A DNA stretch of 64,000 nucleotides, taken from NCBI GenBank assembly GCA_030549845.1, contig JAUQQN010000001.1:133668-197667 (forward strand), read 5' to 3'. The notes under the pieces were generated by a model. That model worked only from the letters and a program-made list of their open reading frames with translations. It searched no databases and was not told the DNA's origin. The position numbers and the translations under genes were made by a program. Source of the stretch: Patescibacteria group bacterium (lineage in GTDB: Bacteria; Patescibacteriota; Minisyncoccia; UBA6257; HR35). This document shows, one piece after another, positions 59,128 to 64,000 of this stretch (positions within the stretch are counted from its first letter, which is position 1; every line of letters begins with the position of its first letter).

Positions 59128-59690
59128 GGGCTTTTACTTTGATGGAAACATTAATAGCCATTTTTATTATTTCTGCTTTAATTGGATTAATAATTCTTTT
59201 TGTATTAAACTTGGTAAATTTTAATGTATTTTTTGTTTTAAACATAGGTGGCACAAGAGAAATTGATATTACCCTAAATAATATGATCAAGGAGCTGCGT
59301 AGTATGAATCAATCTAATACAGGAGGGTATCCTATTGAAAGCGCAGATGAAACTAGTATAATATTCTACACCGATATAGATGGAGATGGGGTTATGGAAA
59401 GACTGAGGTATTTTTTAGAAAATAATCAAGTAAAAAGAGGTATAACGAGATTTGAAAATGGAACATATGATTCAAATAAAGAAAAGATTTGGCTTATGAT
59501 TAATAATGTAAATAAATTTAAGATAACCTATTATGACGCTAATTATACGGGAACAGAAGTTCCCTTAACTTTTCCTGTAGATATTTCAAAAATTAGGACA
59601 ATTCGGATTGATGTTTCTTTAAAGTTTTTAAACAAACCAGAAATTAATTATTATATAATAGCAACACCAAGAAATTTAAGAGGAAAATGA
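59124..59690 (+). CDS. pseudopilin / minor type IV pilin
   Basis: MRA|FTLMETLIAIFIISALIGL prepilin-type N-terminus; 188 aa. Confidence 0.6.
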   Translation: MRAFTLMETLIAIFIISALIGLIILFVLNLVNFNVFFVLNIGGTREIDITLNNMIKELRSMNQSNTGGYPIESADETSIIFYTDIDGDGVMERLRYFLENNQVKRGITRFENGTYDSNKEKIWLMINNVNKFKITYYDANYTGTEVPLTFPVDISKIRTIRIDVSLKFLNKPEINYYIIATPRNLRGK

Positions 59691-61078
59691 AAATAAAATC
59701 ACAAATTTCTTTATATGTTATTATATATAGCGGAATAGCAATTTTTCTTTTATCTGGTTTTTTAATTTGGATACAAGCTTTTATTTTAAATACGCAAAGG
59801 GAAATTATAAAAAAGAAATTATTTGCTGTTGCTGAAAGTGGAATAGAATATTATAGATGGCATTTGGCCCATGCCCCTCAAGATTTTACGGATGGCACAA
59901 ATAGACCAGGTCCTTATGAACATATTTTTTATGACAGATTCGGAAATTCAATAGGTAAATTCATACTAGATATTACACCACCTCCGGTTGGTTCAACAAT
60001 AGTTAAAATAAAATCATCTGGTATTTTAAATGAATTTCCTAATGTTGAAAAATCTATTTTAGTTACACTCGGTATACCTTCTTTTGCAAAATATTCAGTG
60101 GTAGTAAATGATAATATTAGGTTCGGTGAGGGAACAGAGGTATATGGAGAAATTCATTCAAATCAAGGAATAAGATTTGATGGGGTTGCTTATAATTTGG
60201 TCTCTAGTGCTCTGACAACATATGATGATCCCGATCACACCGGTCCCCAAGAATGGGCTGTTCATACCCATAAAAATCCAGTAGATCCTCTACCACCAAC
60301 TCCATATCCACAAAGACCTGATGTTTTTAAAGCAGGAAGATTAGTAGGAGTTCCAAGGGTTGACTTTAATGGAATTACTTATGATTTGGCTAAAATAAAA
60401 TTAGAAGCCCAAACAAATGGAGTTTATATAGGACCTTCTAATAGTTATGGGTATGAAATTATCTTAAAGCCAGATGGTACTTTTGATTTATACAAGGTTA
60501 CAAGAGTATATTCTGATTGCGATAATCCTTCTTGGAGCATAAGAAATAAAACTTTTATTAGAAATTATCAAATCCCTCAAAATGGAACAATTTTCATTGA
60601 AGATCATGTATGGGTGAGTGGTCAAATAAAAAATAAAAGAGTTTTAATAGGAGCAGGAAAGTTTCCAGATATAGAATCGGAACGAAAAAATATAATAATA
60701 AATCAAAACTTAACTTATTCAAACTATAATGGAGATGATGTGATAGGTCTTATTGCTCAAAATAATGTTTTAGTAGGCTTAAAGAGCTTGGATAATTTAA
60801 AAATAGATGCAGCTTTAATTGCTCAAAATGGGTTTGTAGGTCGTTTATATTATTCTTCTTTATGTGGTTCAGAATACCTTAGAAACTCCATAACTATATA
60901 TGGTATGATAGGAACGAATAAAAGATATGGCTTTGCTTGGGTTTGTGGTAACATCCATTGTTCTGGATACAAATACAGAACATTAATATATGATGCAAAT
61001 TTATTGTATGGACCACCTCCTTATTTTCCATTATCTACTTCCTTTTATGAAGTTTTAAAGTGGTTAGAGTTAAAATAG
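59687..61078 (+). CDS. membrane-anchored pilus-associated hypothetical protein
   Basis: N-terminal TM, 463 aa, embedded between pseudopilin and pilin genes; no FTxxE motif. Confidence 0.35.
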   Translation: MKIKSQISLYVIIYSGIAIFLLSGFLIWIQAFILNTQREIIKKKLFAVAESGIEYYRWHLAHAPQDFTDGTNRPGPYEHIFYDRFGNSIGKFILDITPPPVGSTIVKIKSSGILNEFPNVEKSILVTLGIPSFAKYSVVVNDNIRFGEGTEVYGEIHSNQGIRFDGVAYNLVSSALTTYDDPDHTGPQEWAVHTHKNPVDPLPPTPYPQRPDVFKAGRLVGVPRVDFNGITYDLAKIKLEAQTNGVYIGPSNSYGYEIILKPDGTFDLYKVTRVYSDCDNPSWSIRNKTFIRNYQIPQNGTIFIEDHVWVSGQIKNKRVLIGAGKFPDIESERKNIIINQNLTYSNYNGDDVIGLIAQNNVLVGLKSLDNLKIDAALIAQNGFVGRLYYSSLCGSEYLRNSITIYGMIGTNKRYGFAWVCGNIHCSGYKYRTLIYDANLLYGPPPYFPLSTSFYEVLKWLELK

Positions 61079-61088
61079 TTATCCACTA
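61077..61088 (+). promoter_or_regulatory. AGTTATCCACTA element, copy 4 of 4 (one mismatch to the other three)
   Basis: Lies 89 nt upstream of the pilA ATG, in the same relative orientation as copies 1-3. Confidence 0.4.
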
Positions 61089-61176
61089 TTTTTGGTTTTT
61101 CTAAAAAAATACTATATTATAATTAAATATTAAATTAACTTGGTCGAAATTAAGTTTTAAAAATTAAAAATACATA

Positions 61177-61626
61177 ATGAAAACCAAAAAGGCTTTTACC
61201 TTAATTGAGGTTTTGCTTGTTATAGGTATAATAATTTTGCTTGCAGGAGCAATAATAGTAGCTGTAAACCCTGGTCGACAATTTGCTAAAGCAAGAAACA
61301 CACAAAGAAAAACAGATACAACTGCTATTTTGAATGCAATTGTTCAGAATATGGTTGATAATCAAGGAGCTTGGAAATGTGACGCTGTACCGGAATTACC
61401 ATCTTCTACAACTTTAATTGCTACTCCAGGAGGAGTTGACCTAGCTTCTTGTTTGGTTCCTACTTATCTTCCAAGAATGCCTTTAGACCCACAAAGAGGA
61501 ACGATTAATACAACTACAGGCGAATATAATACTCAATATAACATAAGATATGATCCAGCTTCTGGTAGATTAGAGGTTTGTGCTCCTTATGCAGAACTTG
61601 GTGAAACTATTTGTACATCTAAATAA
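61177..61626 (+). CDS. pilA: type IV major pilin (PilA-like)
   Basis: MKTKKA|FTLIEVLLVIGIIILLAGAIIVAV class III signal with Glu+5; C-terminal Cys residues; 149 aa. Confidence 0.7.
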   Translation: MKTKKAFTLIEVLLVIGIIILLAGAIIVAVNPGRQFAKARNTQRKTDTTAILNAIVQNMVDNQGAWKCDAVPELPSSTTLIATPGGVDLASCLVPTYLPRMPLDPQRGTINTTTGEYNTQYNIRYDPASGRLEVCAPYAELGETICTSK

Positions 61627-62266
61627 TTGAAAGGAAATATTTGTAAGCTTGAATAGGATTTTCCTTACCAAAAATTGCATTTCCTATTATTATGTAATCA
61701 ATTGAATTTTTATAGTTCAAAAAAATTTTTAAGTTTTCTTCATTTATTCCCCCATCTACTAATATTTTTTTGAGGTTTTTGTATTGCTCTTTAAACTTTA
61801 TTGCGTTCTCTAACCTGCTGAAGGTATTTTCTAGAAGGCTTTGACCAGATTTGCCGGGGTGAACACCTAAAATTAAAATTCCATTTACATAGCTTAAAAA
61901 TTCTTTAATGAATTCTGTTTCTATATGTGGTGACCATGCTATTATTATTTCTTTTTTTAATTTTTTAGCAAATTTTAATAAAGCAAAAGGAAGATTACAT
62001 CCTTCAAAATGAAGTATTAAAATTTTAATTCTTTTATTATTCCATTTTAGTATTTCTTGGGGTTTTAATTGAACCATCAAATGAACATGTAGTTTTAAGT
62101 TTTCATCTAATCTTTCCAATTCTTTTGGGTTTTGCCAAGTTTGATAGTCTGTAAAGTCTAAAGACGAGATATCTATATGAAACTCAGCTGTTAAAGCTCT
62201 TAGGGATTCTATTCTTCTCTTTGCTTCTTCAAAGTTTTCTGTATTTATTGAAGGCACTATTTTCAT
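61619..62266 (-). CDS. rpe: ribulose-phosphate 3-epimerase
   Basis: IVPSI start, LHVHLMV, VDGGIN motifs of the RPE TIM barrel; 215 aa. Confidence 0.55.
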   Translation of the reverse strand: MKIVPSINTENFEEAKRRIESLRALTAEFHIDISSLDFTDYQTWQNPKELERLDENLKLHVHLMVQLKPQEILKWNNKRIKILILHFEGCNLPFALLKFAKKLKKEIIIAWSPHIETEFIKEFLSYVNGILILGVHPGKSGQSLLENTFSRLENAIKFKEQYKNLKKILVDGGINEENLKIFLNYKNSIDYIIIGNAIFGKENPIQAYKYFLSII

Positions 62267-63102
62267 TTCTTTGTCAAATCATATATTAGGGGAGTTGCGA
62301 TACAAATTGATGAATAAGTTCCTATTATAATCCCTAAAATTAATATCAAAATAAAAGCTTGAAGTTTTGGGATCAAAAATAACAAAGGAAACACTGCTAA
62401 TATTGTAGTTAGAGATGTATTAATTGATCTTCTAAGTGTTTGTCTAATACTTTTCTCAAATAACTCTTCATTTATTTTTCCTTCTTTTTTCAAATTTTCT
62501 CTAACTCTATCGAAAACAACTATAGTATCATGAACAGAAAATCCTGCTATTACTAAAAAAGCTATAATAATTGTAGTATCAAGAACATAACCAAAAAATT
62601 TAGAGATCGTTATAAAAATGCCTAAACTACTTAAGACATCATGAGCCAATGTTAGAATTACTATTATCCCAAATAAGTAACCTGGAATTAAAGATTTCTT
62701 TTCCCAAAAAACTATTGAAATATAACTTCCTATACCAATCAAAACCAAGATTATCGCAATATAAGATTTTTTAACTAATTCTCTGCTAAGAGTTGGACTA
62801 ATTATTTCTTCAGATAAAATTTCTGCATCTGGATCAATTTTTTTAATTTCTTCTAATAAAAATTTTTTATCGAAATTTTCTCCTTTTATAATAACTGTAT
62901 CTTTTGTCTGTATTACGCTATCAATCTTAATATTAAGTTTACTTAAAAAATTCTCAAAATTAGGAATTCTTGTTTTTAATTCTATCATTTGACCGCCCTT
63001 TAAATCAACTCCTAAGTTTAATCCAAAAATATTTAAAGCAACTCCCATCCAAATTATTAAAATGGTTGAAATTATGTAAAAAAATATTCTTCTTTTAATC
63101 AT
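62263..63102 (-). CDS. secF: protein-export membrane protein SecF
   Basis: N-terminal TM, periplasmic domain, six TM helices in the C-terminal half, SecD/F family pattern; 279 aa. Confidence 0.75.
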   Translation of the reverse strand: MIKRRIFFYIISTILIIWMGVALNIFGLNLGVDLKGGQMIELKTRIPNFENFLSKLNIKIDSVIQTKDTVIIKGENFDKKFLLEEIKKIDPDAEILSEEIISPTLSRELVKKSYIAIILVLIGIGSYISIVFWEKKSLIPGYLFGIIVILTLAHDVLSSLGIFITISKFFGYVLDTTIIIAFLVIAGFSVHDTIVVFDRVRENLKKEGKINEELFEKSIRQTLRRSINTSLTTILAVFPLLFLIPKLQAFILILILGIIIGTYSSICIATPLIYDLTKK

Positions 63103-64000
63103 TCTTACTTAACTGGCTTAATAATAATTCTTTTGCTAACTCTATATGAATTTGACCTTTTGTTTTTCGCATTAAAGCTCCAATAAGAAATTGCAAGGCA
63201 CTTTCTTTTCCTTTTTTATAATCTTCTACAGCTTTTTTGTTTTCTTCTAAAATTTCTTCTATTATTTTTTTAATTTCTTCTTCATCAATAATTTTTATTT
63301 TCTCCAAAATTGAATCAGGATTTTCATTTTGTTCTACAACTTTGTTTAGAATATCTTTTACTATCCTTATATTTATTTCTCCTTTTTTAAGTTTAATTAA
63401 AATTTTCGCAAATTGAGAAGGCTTGAAATCTAAATCGTTTAAATTTTTTTGATATTTTTGCAAAAGCCCTAAAAGGTCATTAACCAAAATATTATATATC
63501 GTTCTTAAATCATAATCTTTTTCTTCTGCTTTAACTTCTGAACAGCTTTCTTCAAAAAAATCAGCTAGTTCTTTATTAGCAACTAAAATGTCTGCCTCTT
63601 TTAATGTTAGACCATATTCTGCTTTTAATCTTTCTCTTTTTTGCAATGGCAGTTCTGGTAAGGTTATTGAATCTATAAAACTTTGATTCAATATAAGAGG
63701 AGGTAAATCTGGTTCAGGAAAATACCTATAATCTTCTGCGGTTTCCTTTGTTCTTTGTGAAAAAGTTATTCTTTTATCTTCATCAAACCCCCTCGTTTCT
63801 TGGATTATATTTCCACCTTTTTCTATTATTTCTGTTTGTCTTTTTATCTCATATTCAATTGCATCCCTTAATGATCTTATAGAACCTAAATTTTTAACTT
63901 CAACTTTAACACCTAAGCTTTCTCCGAACCCTAAACTTATATTCGCTTCAAATCTTATTTCTCCTTTTTCTGGATTAGCATCAGAAATTTTTAAATACCT
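63095..64000 (-). CDS. gatB: Asp-tRNA(Asn)/Glu-tRNA(Gln) amidotransferase subunit B, 5' end outside the window
   Basis: The ORF-track entry 63095..63691 begins at an internal TTG; the frame stays open upstream and encodes the conserved ...DYRYFPEPDLPPL... GatB motif and the C-terminal GatB/YqeY domain. Confidence 0.75.
   Translation of the reverse strand, partial: RYLKISDANPEKGEIRFEANISLGFGESLGVKVEVKNLGSIRSLRDAIEYEIKRQTEIIEKGGNIIQETRGFDEDKRITFSQRTKETAEDYRYFPEPDLPPLILNQSFIDSITLPELPLQKRERLKAEYGLTLKEADILVANKELADFFEESCSEVKAEEKDYDLRTIYNILVNDLLGLLQKYQKNLNDLDFKPSQFAKILIKLKKGEINIRIVKDILNKVVEQNENPDSILEKIKIIDEEEIKKIIEEILEENKKAVEDYKKGKESALQFLIGALMRKTKGQIHIELAKELLLSQLSKND

Noticed and set aside
15855-61088. 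Dispersed perfect DnaA boxes (TTATCCACA) as an origin of replication
   Set aside because: There are single boxes tens of kb apart and not a cluster, no AT-rich DUE with 13-mers, and no dnaA/dnaN in the window. gyrB alone is not diagnostic. They are better explained as promoter-proximal regulatory sites.
63095-63691. 198-aa ORF as an independent gene
   Set aside because: Its start is an internal TTG. The frame continues upstream without a stop and encodes the conserved GatB motif DYRYFPEPDLP, so it is the C-terminal part of gatB running off the window.
1-64000. Alternative genetic code (UGA recoding as in Gracilibacteria/Absconditabacteria)
   Set aside because: Long housekeeping ORFs (ileS 1168 aa, gyrB, ftsH, pbp2) are uninterrupted under the standard code, and none requires TGA read-through.
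1-64000. CRISPR arrays, rRNA genes, transposases or integrases
   Set aside because: No regularly spaced direct repeats, no rRNA-like conserved stretches, and no DDE or tyrosine-recombinase ORFs were found. The only repeats are the two palindromic elements, the 12-mer motif and short intragenic tandem repeats.

Overview
This is a 64 kb AT-rich (roughly 30% GC by eye) bacterial chromosomal segment, densely packed with genes and using the standard genetic code. Long ORFs contain no in-frame TGA, so a recoded lineage is unlikely. The small, compact proteins, the ProRS lacking an editing domain, GatA/GatB, GH57, PolX, DprA plus ComM, and a type IV pilus locus all fit an ultra-small, host-associated CPR/Patescibacteria-like genome; this is inference from content only. 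Housekeeping genes are ftsH, gatA, htrA, the mreB-mreC-mreD-pbp2 shape operon, proS, clpP, gyrB, dprA, ileS, ppa, nusA, rpsT, tsaD, iscS, comM, pgk, gap, mpg, polX, rpe, secF, a partial gatB, and two tRNAs (Gly-TCC, Ser-GGA). Five things stand out. First, a tandem cluster of six paralogous genes (32338..35828) built from a repeated two-helix hydrophobic hairpin module that resembles VirB2/TrbC pilins. One of these is a 550-aa secreted protein with the module embedded and a QPIPD tandem repeat. Second, ileS carries a roughly 195-aa histidine-phosphatase (PGAM-like, RHGE...SHQD) domain inserted between the two halves of a Cys knuckle in the catalytic core. Third, a sharply GC-rich island (20286..21092) holds a promoter-to-terminator small structured RNA and a small lipoprotein cassette (TTGACA-16-TAAAAT, AGGAGG, lipobox, terminator). 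The lipoprotein mRNA carries three perfect GC-rich hairpins. Fourth, a 12-mer containing a DnaA-box consensus (AGTTATCCAC[A/T]A) sits in the same orientation 42-100 nt upstream of four genes for secreted or pilus proteins, including pilA and the first gene of the pilin-like cluster. Fifth, a GT4/GH57 alpha-glucan pair is followed by a type IV pilus locus (pilB, pilC, giant pseudopilins, pilA). No CRISPR array, rRNA, transposase or obvious prophage was seen.
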